Notes: generated from the letters alone by a model not told the origin. A stretch of 64,000 nt of DNA from Ignavibacteriota bacterium (GCA_963776275.1 CAVZMI010000021.1:256001-320000); one strand, 5' to 3'. Shown: positions 29,941 through 42,714, counted from the first letter of the stretch. Numbers and translations are program-made.

Positions 29941-32375
29941 TTATTTAAGAAGTATCATTTTTTTGTTCGATGTGAAATCACCGGCTTCAAGGCGATATAA
30001 ATATACACCCGAAGCCATTGCACTGGCATTGAACTTGACAGTATAGAATCCCGCATCCAAATATTTATCAACAAGTGAGGCCACTTTTTCGCCCAGGATA
30101 TTATAAACCGTCAACTTTACATTGGAAGCCTTAATCAATGAGAAGTTAATGCTTGTCGTCGGGTTGAAGGGGTTCGGATAATTCTGGGATAAAGAATACG
30201 AGGTAGGCAATCCTCCATTCGCGATTTCAATATCTGTGGCTACAGGAAGTCCATATATGGAAATCTCTGCTATGGAATACGCTCCGCTCTTCGGTGCCAG
30301 CAGCGTGAATTTCACATATCTTCCCGTTCCTGTCAATTTGCTCAAGGTCTCTGTCCCGCCTTTGCCACTGGTGACAGTCCTGATTGTTGACCACTGACTC
30401 AGATCGTTTGATACTTTAACCATGTACTGAGTGGCATAGGCATTATTTGCCCAATGGATAATTATAGTGTTTATTGAATATGTTCTCTCTAAATCGAGTT
30501 GAACCCATTGTTGAATAGGCGCAACCTCTGCCTGCCATCTCGTAACGCTGTCTCCATCCACGATATTCTGCGGTTGGCTAAGATTATACGCTACAGTATC
30601 ATTCGAAGAAACCGTTACAACCGCACCACCGGCTCTGTTAACCTGGTCCGGTGGAGAAACCGGAATCGTTATTGTTATTGAATCCCGTTCATCGCCCTGT
30701 GTTACCAAGGAATAAGTATGGTGCTCCGAATCTGGATAGATAACCAATGTATCGATGACAGGAACGGCGTTGCCATTCAGAGTTACTGTAGAACCCTTGA
30801 CCACCTGCCAAATCAAATCTGCATTTTCTCCAATTCCAACCTGACTCGGAACAGCCTTGAATATCATAATCCTTCCGCTTGGAAGAACCGTAACAGTTAT
30901 ACTTGCAGTGTCATTCACGTCTCCGTAAGTAGTGAGCGTATATGTCGTAGTGACCAGGGGAGCGATTTTAATGCTGTCATTTTCCGAGACGCTATTCCCG
31001 TCCAGTTTTACATCAGAACCTAGTTGGACATCCCATACGATCTGAGTACTGTCGGTCTTTTGAATCGTACTCGGATTTGCATAGAATGCGTAGATGTTGC
31101 CTGTTCCCGGGTTAATAATAACATCTCTTTTGTGATTGTCGAACATATATTTCAATGATGTCCATGTGTCCGCCGCCGAACTGACTCCTCCAAAGTCAGT
31201 CCACGACCAGACGAGTGCGCCGGCGTACCCTGTATTATATAACGTTGGAATCAAATTGAGACTGCTTACGCCATCTTTGGCCTGCATGTGGAACTCGCCG
31301 ATGACTACCGGCTTATCCAATCCCCATGTGGAACAGGGATGAGTAAACGGAGAAAGCACAGTACTCAGGGGCGACATTATATAGTGTACGCAGTAAAAAT
31401 CCAGCGTTCCGAGACTATCATTACCTGCCGCTATCAATTCACTATTACTGTAGTAATTCTTATTTGCCAGAGGTTCGATTCTGGCAAGATAATTCAGGTA
31501 ATCTTCCACCGTAAGATTCAGCCTATGCAGCTTATTGAACTCGCTTACAAATTGCGCCTGCTGGCTGGTAGACCAATTAGCGAATCTGTCATGTGATGTC
31601 GTCGGTTCCTTCGCAAGGACATTGACATTTGTAAGAGTCTGAAAACTATTTGCTCCGGATGTCACAAGTGCTGTCGGGTCAGTCCTATGAATCGCCCCGG
31701 CCATGAGATTGACGCTCCTCTGAATACTTGCCATCGGGACGTGGTCACGCCCACCCCAGCCAAACTCGTTTGTAATGCCTTCCGGTTCATTGAAAATTTC
31801 CCAGGCAACAATCGCAGGATGACCTGCAACTGCACTTACCATGGGAATCAATGCGTTTCTGATATAGGCATTTGTATAGGCGGTGTCTGTCAGCAGTCTG
31901 GCGTTGCGATGCAGTTTTGCCGTATCCGTACCAAATTCAGATTGATTTAGCATGTCGTGTGACCACAGGCTAAGGATTAATCCGACATTATTCGCCTGCG
32001 CCAGATCAAGAATCTGGGTTAGGTTTTGAATCGCAACCGGACCGGGGCCGGTGACAAATCCATTTGCATCGAAGAACGGTGTTTGCGTACCGTTTATGTG
32101 TAACCATAGACGCAGTACATTCCCGCCATTTTCATGCACGGTTTCGAAAATAGTGGTGAAGGTTGCAATATCAACGGGCCAGCCAGGTCCCTGGCAAAAT
32201 TTCCACCACTCGACCAGGCGATATTGATCCCGCTGATGAAGATATTCCTCCCCGCGTACGGAATCCTCGATTGCGAATAACTAAATTGCAGAGTCCCAAT
32301 CAACGATATCAACATTAAACAACCAATAATAATACATCGGACATTTCCAAAACCGGATTTCCCAAAGGATTTCAT
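29941..32375 (-). CDS. GH5 endo-beta-mannanase-like enzyme with two Ig-like repeats, CBM32 and T9SS CTD (frame break near 32177)
   Basis: FISGINIAW, GGNVLRLWLH, WEIFNEPEG (acid/base), DKPVVIGEF (nucleophile), GALVWSW; F5/8C-type domain; NYPNPFNP. Confidence 0.82.
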
Positions 32376-32490
32376 ACTACCTCCCAAGTGCTAAATAGCA
32401 GAAACATGCTTTTGATTTTTCATATGCCAATTCACAGGCGAATCAATCTTACCTATTACTTTGTAGTGTACAAAGTACACAGCAAAAAAT

Positions 32491-32528
32491 CAACAAGGCA
32501 GGATCAAAACAGATCCTGCCTTTCGTTG
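32491..32528 (-). terminator. Rho-independent terminator after the GH5_7 gene
   Basis: AAGGCAGGATC/GATCCTGCCTT 11-bp stem followed by a T-tract on the minus strand. Confidence 0.7.
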
Positions 32529-32551
32529 AATTTTCAGAGATTCAACCGGAA

Positions 32552-34092
32552 CTATTTTACAACGAGCATCTTCTTCGTATCTTTATAGTGTCCTGCGACT
32601 AACCGATAAAAGTATACTCCTGTCGATAACCCGCCGGCATCAAAAACCGCGAAATGAGAACCGGCAGATTGCTGTTCATTCACAAGGGTTACAATACGCT
32701 GCCCCAGAATATCGTATACGTTGAGTTGTACGACCGCGTTCTCCTTTAAATCATAATTTATCGTCGTGACCGGATTAAACGGATTGGGGAAATTTTGATA
32801 TAAGATGAAACGATCGACTACATTCGGCTCAACGATCCTATCCGAATCTCTCAGCAAAGCCATAAGCGTAGAATGTTCTTTTAAAGTTTTGTTCGTTGTA
32901 GAATCGGTATCGTACACGGAATTAAGTCCCTGTGCTTCCATCGGGGGATCGCACATGAATGGATCTCCCGTACGCCATTTATAATCGACGTTGGGCGAAC
33001 GGGCTTCTCCGCCCCAGCCCCAGAAATTTGTCCCGGCAATTGGCGATCCTGCTGCGGCGCTGTCGTAGATCATTTGCAGCAGAGCGGTGAAGTACTGATC
33101 ACGCATAGTTGTTGTACTGCCGGCATCGTATTTCTGAAGATCTCTCGGCAGGCCGAATTCCTCCATGGCCAACGGTTTGTTCAACCTACGTGCATATCCG
33201 AAATGCTTTTGCATGTAGTCTTTTGCTTTTGCTAATGCAGAAGAATATGTTCCGGCACTGTTAGCAGGGTTGTACCAGCCCCAGTTTAAAGCCCAGAGAT
33301 GGATAGTAGCATAATCGATGGATGCGCTCTGATGTGCTTTTATAAAAATAGTCGAATCCCCATTACAGCCCATTGTCCCTTCATTTCCCGTTGTGACGAG
33401 ATGATTGGAATCGAGAGAATGAATGTACTGTGCAGTTGAGTCTATCCACTGATAGAAATATGCAGTGCTTCCCCACGGGCGTGGTTCATTCGCCAGTTCC
33501 CAAGTCATGATGGCGGGATCTTCGTAGTAATGCAATCCTGTTACTGTGCTCTGCCTGCCGATTAAATCGCTAATATATTTTCGAAAAGCACTCTTCGCAT
33601 TAGCGTTTTGATAGAAAGATGGGTATCCACCGCCAAACCAGGCATTATACTGGTTCATTCCGCCGGACAGGTCCAGAAATTGTTCAGAAATATAACCGCG
33701 TGCATATCTCTTTTATTCATTTCGGATAGTAAGAAATCTAATCCAATGAGAAGAGAATCATTATAGACACCGGGCGATATTTGAATAGCAGGCTGTACAG
33801 CATCCGGATACGAAGAGGATTCGGAAGCGCCGAGAATCCTGAGATTGTCGATCCCGTTGGCTTTCAACCGGTCAAGTTCCCTGATAAGCCGTTCTCTATT
33901 TCCCGTTTGTCCTGTTGAGCCCAGGTAACAGCCGTACCAGAAATTTGTACCGATATAGTAATATGGTTTCCCGTCGAGGAAAAATTGTGTGCCTCTGACC
34001 TGGACATACGTCGGCTGGGACCAGGTGTGTGCCGTAAAAAGAACACAGTGAACTACAAGCAGCACGCACCAGCCTGAGCGGGTGATTTTCAT
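32552..34092 (-). CDS. GH5_7 beta-mannanase/mannosidase with T9SS CTD (frame break near 33668)
   Basis: YYIGTNFWYG, LNNFWT(W)SGGMNQY, WELANEPR, HLVTTGNEG, MEEFGLPRD, DPPMEAQGLNSVY. Confidence 0.88.
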
Positions 34093-34117
34093 GATTTTAT
34101 TCTATAATTGATCGATA

Positions 34118-35359
34118 CTATTTTTTAATTAAACGGAGCATCAGAACATCATGTGTTCCGACTTCTGAAACAAGGTTCTTTTTTGTCGTTCCAATATTTT
34201 TCTTTGTCCATAGATCACGAATCAAATACGTCGCTTCATTTGTGTTCAATATTTTCTTTGAAACTTCGTCTGTAATAATATTTTTCGGCCAATCAAAATT
34301 GACCTTCTGTTTTTTTACGGAACGATTGAGGAAACAGACTGCCCAATCACCTTTCATTAGCGGTTTTACCCATACCTCGAGACTGTCATGTGTCTTCACC
34401 ATTGCAACCGAGTCGGTCGAACCGATATAGCAGAAACCCTGAATACCAAGCGAATCCTGATCGATGGCAATAACCTCGTGGTTCATCTGTATCTCTTTTG
34501 TCTCCGGTGTCATCGATCTCAAATCATTTCCCGTCATCAGAGGCGCCGCCAGGAGACACCACAACGAGAAATGTGCACGGTCTTCGCTGATGGTCATTCC
34601 CCGACCGACTTCCAACATATCCGGATCGTTCCAGTGATCGGGCCCTGCATATTTTCGGATATCTTTTCGCATTTCGACAATCTTCATGACGCCCCACTGC
34701 GACCATGTACCGTGGTTCAACTCGCAATCGAAACAATCCGTTATATCCCCGGTCGTGCGCCAGAGGTGACCGACATCTTTGCCCCATTCCCACGGATTAC
34801 TATTTCCCCATTCGCACAGACTGAATACAATTGGTCTCTTTGCAGCAAATAACGCATCACGCATAGTCGTATAGGCGCCAACGGCACTTAACCCTTCCGT
34901 ATTACACCAATCATATTTGAGATAATCGACACCCCACGCCGCATACGATATCGCATCCTGGTATTCATGCCCGCGGCTGGACGGATATCCGGCACAGCTT
35001 TTATTACCCGCGCATGAATGAATGCCAAATTTTAATCCCTTGGAATGAATATAATCGGCCAGGGCTTTCATTCCAGAGGGAAACCGCTTTGGGTCCGGAT
35101 GAATAAATCCCAGGCTATCCCGTCCACCCTCCCAGCAATCGTCGAGAACAATGTACGTATATCCGGCTTCTTTCATGCCGTTTGTTACTATAATATCCGC
35201 CATTCCGCGGATCAGCGTTTCATCGACATTGCACGCAAAAGTATTCCAGCTGTTCCACCCCATCGGAGGTGTGAGAGCCAAGCCGTTAAATTTTTGAGCG
35301 TTAAGAGAGCCGCACGTCAGTATGATCGTAATGAGTGCCGACCTGAAAAAATATTTCAT
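34118..35359 (-). CDS. GH27 alpha-galactosidase
   Basis: LALTPPMGWNSWN, LDDCW, DYLKYDWC, SLCEWG, WRTTGDI, WNDPDML. Confidence 0.95.
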   Translation of the reverse strand: MKYFFRSALITIILTCGSLNAQKFNGLALTPPMGWNSWNTFACNVDETLIRGMADIIVTNGMKEAGYTYIVLDDCWEGGRDSLGFIHPDPKRFPSGMKALADYIHSKGLKFGIHSCAGNKSCAGYPSSRGHEYQDAISYAAWGVDYLKYDWCNTEGLSAVGAYTTMRDALFAAKRPIVFSLCEWGNSNPWEWGKDVGHLWRTTGDITDCFDCELNHGTWSQWGVMKIVEMRKDIRKYAGPDHWNDPDMLEVGRGMTISEDRAHFSLWCLLAAPLMTGNDLRSMTPETKEIQMNHEVIAIDQDSLGIQGFCYIGSTDSVAMVKTHDSLEVWVKPLMKGDWAVCFLNRSVKKQKVNFDWPKNIITDEVSKKILNTNEATYLIRDLWTKKNIGTTKKNLVSEVGTHDVLMLRLIKK

Positions 35360-35462
35360 AAAAATCCTCCCTTTATTTAGATGTTGAGTACAAATTTGCA
35401 TAATATTTCAAAGTGGAGCAAGGATTAAGTCATTCAAGACCAAGAAAAAGATTTTATCGCTA

Positions 35463-38036
35463 TCAATAACTATCCACAAGGCTGATAATTTTCAATGATT
35501 GTTCGAAATCTATCCGACTCAGCCCCGTCGAAACTGTAATTATTTTCTTCACTCCGGGCAGCAGGTCAAAATAGTTGTCCGAATAAAATCCCTTATCGTC
35601 TTTACATGCCAGGTATACATTCTTTGCAAGTGTGTTTGTCATTAGTTCAACCGCATATCCGGAGGGAGTGTCCCGAATCATGGTAATAAATTCCGGTTTT
35701 TTGAGTTCCAAATCTTTTGGAGATTCAAAATATGTGTTTTTCTCTGCAAGAATTTCTTCTCCTTTTTTCAAGCGAGACACAAGTACTAAACCGGATTCGT
35801 TTTCTTCCCCTATCAGCGATTGCTTTTCTATACTTGCGGCGACGTACGAGGTGTCGGGTTTCACGCTCACCGGAATCGACTGCTGAAACACAACCGTTCC
35901 ATCGAATTTCATGAGGGAAATATCCAGTATGGCGTCAACGGTTTTCAGATTATCGGATACGATGAAAAATTCAATGCTATCTTCCGACACGACCGGTGAA
36001 ACTATTATTGGTGCATATGATTCCTTTGCGGCATAGTGCAGCGCTTTCCAACGCCCATAATAATCAATACTTGACCATGAGGCGACGGGCCAGCAATCAT
36101 CAATTTGCCAGTACAAGCTACCCATGCAATATGGCATCGCACGACGATGCGCTTCCATGGCCACTTTCACTCCTTCAGCCTGCAGCACCTGGCTTACATA
36201 TACAAATGAAGAAAAATCCTTCGGCTCGCGATACCAACAATCCATATATCGCTGGATCAGTCGATTTCCATATTCTCTGTCATTTCTTTCATCGGCCATA
36301 CAGCGCTGGTGCGAAAGCATCACCTCGGAATGGAGCTGCCGGTCGTCCGGTTCTGCGTATTTTTCAATAGTCGACAATTCCGGATACGATTGAAATCCGT
36401 ATTCGCTCACAAACCTGGCCAGATTCGATGTAAAGCTTTCGAACGGTTCCTTCCCATGCCACACTCCCCAATAATGAATATCTCCATCACCGTTTGTAAT
36501 ATTTTTAAATCCGGCGCTCGGACTCGTGGGGTGATAATACCTGACCGAATCTGCTTCATGCAATGCCGAAGGAATCACCTTGTAGAAAAGTTTCTCCGCG
36601 TTTCGCTCAAAGACGCTCTGTGTCTTTTTATCGTACATTTCTTTCCATCCCCATTGATTCCACCCAATTTCATTCTCGTTATTGCCACAATACAATGCCA
36701 CGCATGCATGATTGCGAATTCGAACGATATTGTCGACGATTTCATTCCGGACATTTGCCAAGAATTCATCATCGCCCGGATACATTGCGCAGGCAAACAT
36801 CATTTCCTGCCAGACGAGAATTCCATAACGATCACAGAGATCGTAGAACTGATCATTCTCATAGATCCCGCCTCCCCATACGCGCAGCATATTCATATGC
36901 GCTTCCGCTGCAGATCGAATAATATGTTCACAGCGTTCTTTTGTCACACGATTTTGAAAATTATCCTGAGGAATATAATTCGCCCCCTTCATGAACACAG
37001 GAATCCCGTTCAATCTGATGTACATACTTGTTCCACCCGAATCTTTCTCCCTGACAACCTCCACCGACCGAGTGCCAAGTCTTGTCGTATACTCCTCCCG
37101 ATTTCCGGAATTGTTTTCCACAACGGCACAATATGTATAGAGATATTGTTCACCCAATCCATTTGTCCACCAGAGCCTCGGATTATCCAGATGACCTTTC
37201 ACATCGGCTTTATTAATACCCGGCAGGAGATCAATAATATCTGTTGACAGCTTCCGACCGTCCATGTAGATCGAGAGAGTGACTTGTTGTTTTTTATCAG
37301 AGAAGAGATTAACAACTGAAACAATATTAGCGCCGGCGGCAGTAACATTTTTTTGTTGAATGTGGATTGTTTTTATCTTAAAACTGCTCCAGGCTTCGAT
37401 GGACATGGGACGCCAGATGCCGCAGGTGATCAACCGGGGACCCCAGTCCCATCCATAATGAAACTGCGCCTTTCGGGAATACATGGCGATTTTCACATCC
37501 GCCTGATCGTTGTTTGAAAAAGCCTGAAGCTCAAACGGGGCAGATTTGTATTTTGGTAAATTTTCATCGAAGACATTCCTGAAACGGATGGTGATGCGAT
37601 TCCCCTGAATGCGCAGAATACTTTTACAGTTTACACGCCAGGTCCGGAACATATTATCCGTTTTCAGGATAAGCGAATCGTTCAGAGTCACTTCTGCATA
37701 GGTATCCAATCCTTCGAATACGAGCTCAACAACTTCTTTCTTCAGAATTTCAGCCGGTATATTAAACACCGTTTCATAGATCCAATTTTTCTCGCCGATC
37801 CACTGCAGTGAGTGCTCGTTTACGCCAAAGAATGGGTCGGGGATCAGCCCATTCTTCAGCAGATCGGTATGGACGCAACCCGGTACTTCGGCCGGATACC
37901 ATTGTCCGGTTCCTTCCTGTTTAAATTTCCATTGATCGTAAATCTCTACCTTCATAGGATATTCAGCGGCTGTTATAACAGAGTATTCTGCAATCATTAG
38001 GATAACAATACATACACAGATAATAATGGTTCTCAT
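35463..38036 (-). CDS. GH2 beta-mannosidase
   Basis: VPGCVHTDL, RKAQFHYGWDWGP, NMLRVWGGGIYE, CGNNENE, FVSEYGFQS, WQIDDCWP. Confidence 0.95.
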   Translation of the reverse strand: MRTIIICVCIVILMIAEYSVITAAEYPMKVEIYDQWKFKQEGTGQWYPAEVPGCVHTDLLKNGLIPDPFFGVNEHSLQWIGEKNWIYETVFNIPAEILKKEVVELVFEGLDTYAEVTLNDSLILKTDNMFRTWRVNCKSILRIQGNRITIRFRNVFDENLPKYKSAPFELQAFSNNDQADVKIAMYSRKAQFHYGWDWGPRLITCGIWRPMSIEAWSSFKIKTIHIQQKNVTAAGANIVSVVNLFSDKKQQVTLSIYMDGRKLSTDIIDLLPGINKADVKGHLDNPRLWWTNGLGEQYLYTYCAVVENNSGNREEYTTRLGTRSVEVVREKDSGGTSMYIRLNGIPVFMKGANYIPQDNFQNRVTKERCEHIIRSAAEAHMNMLRVWGGGIYENDQFYDLCDRYGILVWQEMMFACAMYPGDDEFLANVRNEIVDNIVRIRNHACVALYCGNNENEIGWNQWGWKEMYDKKTQSVFERNAEKLFYKVIPSALHEADSVRYYHPTSPSAGFKNITNGDGDIHYWGVWHGKEPFESFTSNLARFVSEYGFQSYPELSTIEKYAEPDDRQLHSEVMLSHQRCMADERNDREYGNRLIQRYMDCWYREPKDFSSFVYVSQVLQAEGVKVAMEAHRRAMPYCMGSLYWQIDDCWPVASWSSIDYYGRWKALHYAAKESYAPIIVSPVVSEDSIEFFIVSDNLKTVDAILDISLMKFDGTVVFQQSIPVSVKPDTSYVAASIEKQSLIGEENESGLVLVSRLKKGEEILAEKNTYFESPKDLELKKPEFITMIRDTPSGYAVELMTNTLAKNVYLACKDDKGFYSDNYFDLLPGVKKIITVSTGLSRIDFEQSLKIISLVDSY

Positions 38037-38315
38037 GGCATTCGATGAAATTGTGAATATTTAAGTGTAATTTATCAATTTCCATGTTCTTTACACTTCA
38101 TAAAATGATACGTCATCTCTGATTGGAGTACCGCGAAAAAAATTAAAGTAGCAAGGTTTTTATTAAGTACAAAGTGATTCTGTGAGATTTCTTGTCTTCA
38201 AGATACAATCAAAGATTTCTTGATTCAAGAGCTTATCACTGAGTTTATATTGGATGACGTTGTGAATGCAAGCGATATATTATAAAACGGCAGCTTTAGA
38301 ATGTGAAATAAAACC

Positions 38316-38344
38316 TTGCAAATTTAGAGAGTCTATATTACCTT
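38316..38344 (+). promoter_or_regulatory. Candidate sigma70 promoter for the esterase/arabinose cluster
   Basis: TTGCAA-17 nt-TACCTT in the divergent AT-rich intergenic region. Confidence 0.4.
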
Positions 38345-38416
38345 ACCTTTCAATTTTATCGACACGTCATCGAAAAGCGTAGAGCTTTCGTTATTTTTCG
38401 TCATAGAAAATCAATC

Positions 38417-39262
38417 ATGCCAGGAAATTTATCCCTTCTACTTAAATCGTTTCTTGCACTTGGAATCGCTGCAACTGCTTGTTCACAGAATGTCGCGGAT
38501 TCCATTAAAACGAGTGATCGGCTGCAGCAACTTCCTATTCAAACGATCATACTGACCACATTTTTCTCGAAATTCGTTTCAGACAGCATTCGTCTCGATA
38601 TTAGTCTGCCGGCGAGCTATAACCAGGATACTACGAAAATCTATCCGGTTATCTATTTGACCGATGGATACTGGCGTCGGGATGCACATGAGATCATTCA
38701 TAATATGAGTCAGGAAAAAGAATTACCGGAAGTAATCATTGTCGGCATCGGTTATCCTGATGGGTACGACTTCAATACTATCCGTGTACGCGATCTCATA
38801 GAAAATGCCGATATGCTTCTAATGTGTATTAAAGAGGAAGTCATCCCTTATGTTGAAAAAACTTATCGCGCTGATAATCTGAAAAGAACACTCTGGGGCT
38901 CTTCGCTGGGCGGATACTTTATCATTTATGCATTCACCGAACATGTAAAAGCAGGCAAGCTTTTTACCAATTACATCGGTGCCAGCGTCGTATTAAATCC
39001 CCGGTTTGAACATGTCGATCTCCTCAAGAATGAGCAGCTGCTCTGGGAAACAACCAAGGAACTTCCCGTGAACCTTTATCTGACTGTCGGAGAACTGGAA
39101 GATCGCTCAATGATAAAATCATATACTCAAATTGCAGATGCAATCTATTCTCACGATTACAAAAAATTAAGATTTGAGTACGAAATTATTCCAGAGAAAG
39201 ATCATATAACACTATGGAAGCCATCGTTGCTGGAAGGACTCAGAAAGTTCTTAAATGACTAA
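38417..39262 (+). CDS. Alpha/beta-hydrolase (putative esterase family), exported
   Basis: YPVIYLTDG, IIVGIGY, nucleophile elbow GSSLGG, C-terminal His; signal peptide ending AATAC. Confidence 0.8.
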   Translation: MPGNLSLLLKSFLALGIAATACSQNVADSIKTSDRLQQLPIQTIILTTFFSKFVSDSIRLDISLPASYNQDTTKIYPVIYLTDGYWRRDAHEIIHNMSQEKELPEVIIVGIGYPDGYDFNTIRVRDLIENADMLLMCIKEEVIPYVEKTYRADNLKRTLWGSSLGGYFIIYAFTEHVKAGKLFTNYIGASVVLNPRFEHVDLLKNEQLLWETTKELPVNLYLTVGELEDRSMIKSYTQIADAIYSHDYKKLRFEYEIIPEKDHITLWKPSLLEGLRKFLND

Positions 39263-39286
39263 ATATTATCAAATAGCGAGCGTACA

Positions 39287-41275
39287 ATGAAAAAGAATAT
39301 TATTTTCTTCACATTGATATTCTGTTGTGTGTTGAGCTTAAAGGCTCAAGTTCATGAGTGCAAATTGATCGTCGATGCTTCTGACTTGAGGTTCAAAATC
39401 AATAAAAACATTTACGGGCATTTTTCGGAACATCTCGGCAATTGCATTTATGGCGGTTTTTGGGTCGGGGAGAATTCAAAAATTCCGAATACTCTCGGCA
39501 TCAGAAATGACGTTGTTGAGGCATTAAGACGAGCTAAGTTTCCGGTACTGCGATGGCCCGGCGGATGTTTTGCAGATGAGTATCACTGGAAAGACGGCAT
39601 CGGTCACGAGACAAGCGCCCTACAATGATCAACACCAATTGGGGCGGCGTAACGGAGGATAATAGCTTCGGCACACATGAGTTTATGGAACTGTGCAGAC
39701 AACTGGGATGCGAACCATATATAACGGGGAACATCGGGAGCGGGACAGTCCAAGAACTCGCGCAATGGGTCGAATATGTCAATTCCAATAATGTGAGCCC
39801 TATGACGGATTTACGCAGGAAGAACGGAAGGGATAAATCGTGGGGAGTAAAATACTGGGGGATGGGGAATGAAGCCTGGGGCTGCGGCGGCAATATGAGA
39901 CCGGAATTCTATGCTGACCAGGTCCGAAAATACGGAACATACTGCCGCGACTATGGGAATAACAGAGTGTTCAAAATTGCCTGCGGTTCCTCCGACAACG
40001 ATTATCAATGGACAGAGATGCTGATGAAAAATGCCGACGGGTATATGAATGGATTATCTTTGCACCATTACTCGTTCAATGACAGAAAAATCGCAACGGA
40101 CTTCGATGAGTCCGGATGGTTCGATGTCCTGCAAAAGACTCTGATGATGGATGAATATATAACAAAGCACAGTGCTATTATGGACAAATATGATCCAAAT
40201 AAGAAGGTGGCACTGATTATCGACGAATGGGGCACTTGGTACGGTATTGAACCCGGAACCAATCCCGCTTTTCTATATCAGCAGAATACGATGCGCGATG
40301 CAGTAACCACCGCATGCAACCTGAATATCTTTAATAATCATTGTGACCGTGTCCGGATGGCAAACTTAGCGCAAACTATCAACGTGCTTCAGGCGATGAT
40401 TCTTACAAAAGACGATAAGATTATTCTCACTCCTACATATCACATTTTCGATATGTTTAAGGTTCATCAGAATGCCATGCGGGTTCAGACGACAATTGAG
40501 TCCCCGGATTATGTCCTCGATGAAAAAAAACTTCCGGCTGTCAATTGTTCCGCTTCCATTGATGATGCCGGTAAACTCCATATCTCTCTGTGCAACATTG
40601 ACCCTAAATCTCACCAGCGAATCTCCTGTGAATTATTAAGGTTTAATGCGACCGGTGGATCAGGACAGATCCTCACCTCAAAAGAAATGAACGCACATAA
40701 CTCTTTTGACCGACCGGATATTGTTGTACCCGGAAAATTTTCAGATTTCAAATTAAGCGGCAAAGGTCTTGAAATTATTCTTCCGCCGATGTCGGTTGTT
40801 GTACTTGAGCTGGAAGGAGAATATGAAATGCCTCCTGCTCTTGAAATCAAGAATCCCAAGCCGGGAATCAATTACACATATTACGAAGGCAGATGGGAAA
40901 AACTTCCAAACTTCGATTTACTTTCTCCGAAGCGTTCAGGCACAATCGAACAATTCTTAATTCCTAAAGAAAATTCCGATGAGAATTTTGCGGCCCTATA
41001 CGACGGTTATATTAATATTCCTTCTGACGGCCTATATACCTTCTATGTAATTTCAGATGACGGAGCCGATTTATTGATTGATAAAAACTTGATCGTTGAC
41101 AATGATGGCCAACATGCACCGCAGGAGCAATCAGGAACAGTCGTTTTAAAGGCCGGTTTCCATGAAATCAAGGTCTCATTTTTCCAGGGACCCGGCGGTA
41201 AGGCGCTCGACACAAGCATCGAAGGTGCCTGATATGACAAAACAGATTATTCCGGCAAACATGCTATTCCATTAA
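39287..41275 (+). CDS. GH51 alpha-L-arabinofuranosidase with C-terminal PA14 domain (frame breaks near 39605 and 41227)
   Basis: [46 protein letters not shown]; PA14 motif [11 protein letters not shown]...DNDGQH. Confidence 0.92.
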
Positions 41276-41549
41276 CCTACGTGAATCTCTTAACGGTAAA
41301 TATGAAAATAAAAAAAACTTTAAAGTTCGCCGCATTTGTTTTTACGATTTAACACATTAGTGGAAATGTAATTATAAAGTGCTTATATTAAGATTTATTC
41401 GACATATTTTGCACGCAACTTACCCTTCATAATTACCATTATCTTTGGATAAGAGCTTTTTACCGTGAAAAATGAGCACCTTAGCAGATATTAACAGTGT
41501 TTGAATTCCTGTGGGACAACATATATTAATATTCTTGAAGGGACCGATA

Positions 41550-42689
41550 ATGAAAAAACGAATTTTTTATTCTGCTGTTGCAATAGCAGTTCTCACAATC
41601 CTATCATGTACTCACAATAAAAACGGAAAATCTATGACCGAGACAACTCTCTATGGGAAACTACCGGATGGCCGTGAGGTGCATCAATATACGCTGACGA
41701 ACAGCGCCGGCAGTAAGGTAAAAATCATTAATTTTGGGGCGACAGTAACATCACTGGAGGTCCCAGATCGCAACGGAAAACTCGAGGATGTTGTCCTTGG
41801 TTATGATTCACTCCAGGGTTATATAAGCTGTAAGTCATACCTGGGTGTCATCGTCGGGCGATATGGGAATCGCATTGCAAAAGGTCGGATCCAGTTGGAT
41901 GGAAAGACATATCAGCTAACGATGAATGATGGAGAGAATCACCTTCATGGAGGGAAACTTGGATTCGAAAAAAGACTCTGGGATGCAAAGGTTGTGAAAG
42001 AAAGCAACGATCCTTCTCTCGAACTTACCTACGTCGACCCTGAGGGTGAAGAAGGTTATCCGGGGAAAGTCACAATAACAGTAACGTATATATGGACGGA
42101 GAAAAACGAACTGCGTATCGAGTACAGAGGAACAACAGACAAAACAACCATACTCAATCCCACACATCATTCATATTTTAATTTATCAGGTTCGCCTGCG
42201 AATCCAATCTTGGACCACCTCCTGACAATTGAAGCCGATTCCATCACTCCGGTGGATAAGGGACTCATCACAACCGGTAAATATACGAACGTGGCAAATA
42301 CACCGATGGATTTTCGTGTCCCTACAGCAATCGGCGCGCACATTAATGATCAATATGAGCAGCTGATATTTGGAAAAGGATATGATCACAATTGGGTTCT
42401 GAGAAATTTCAATGGCAAAGTCCGCAAGGCTGCGGAACTCTATGATCCAAAGAGCGGGCGTCTCATGACCATGTACACCGATCAGCCAGGACTCCAATTC
42501 TATTCCGGCAATTTCCTTGATGGAACAATCAAGGGGAAAAAAGGAATCGCATATCAACATAGGACCGGTCTTTGCCTTGAATCTCAATGTTATCCCGATT
42601 CGCCGAATAAGCCGGAATTTCCTTCGGTTGTCCTGAAGCCGGGCGGCGTCTATCGTCAAACGACTATCTACCAATTCTCGACAAAATAA
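41550..42689 (+). CDS. galM: Aldose 1-epimerase, lipoprotein signal
   Basis: GRYGNRI, NHLHGG, THHSYFNL, GYDHNW, QFYSGNFL, CLESQ. Confidence 0.94.
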   Translation: MKKRIFYSAVAIAVLTILSCTHNKNGKSMTETTLYGKLPDGREVHQYTLTNSAGSKVKIINFGATVTSLEVPDRNGKLEDVVLGYDSLQGYISCKSYLGVIVGRYGNRIAKGRIQLDGKTYQLTMNDGENHLHGGKLGFEKRLWDAKVVKESNDPSLELTYVDPEGEEGYPGKVTITVTYIWTEKNELRIEYRGTTDKTTILNPTHHSYFNLSGSPANPILDHLLTIEADSITPVDKGLITTGKYTNVANTPMDFRVPTAIGAHINDQYEQLIFGKGYDHNWVLRNFNGKVRKAAELYDPKSGRLMTMYTDQPGLQFYSGNFLDGTIKGKKGIAYQHRTGLCLESQCYPDSPNKPEFPSVVLKPGGVYRQTTIYQFSTK

Positions 42690-42714
42690 ATCAATACCAA
42701 AGGAGACATTTCTC

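Noticed and set aside
36309-37247. 312 aa plus-strand ORF and other long antisense ORFs (e.g. 57755-58279, 60326-60823)
   Set aside because: Shadow frames fully overlapping well-supported genes, with no recognisable motifs
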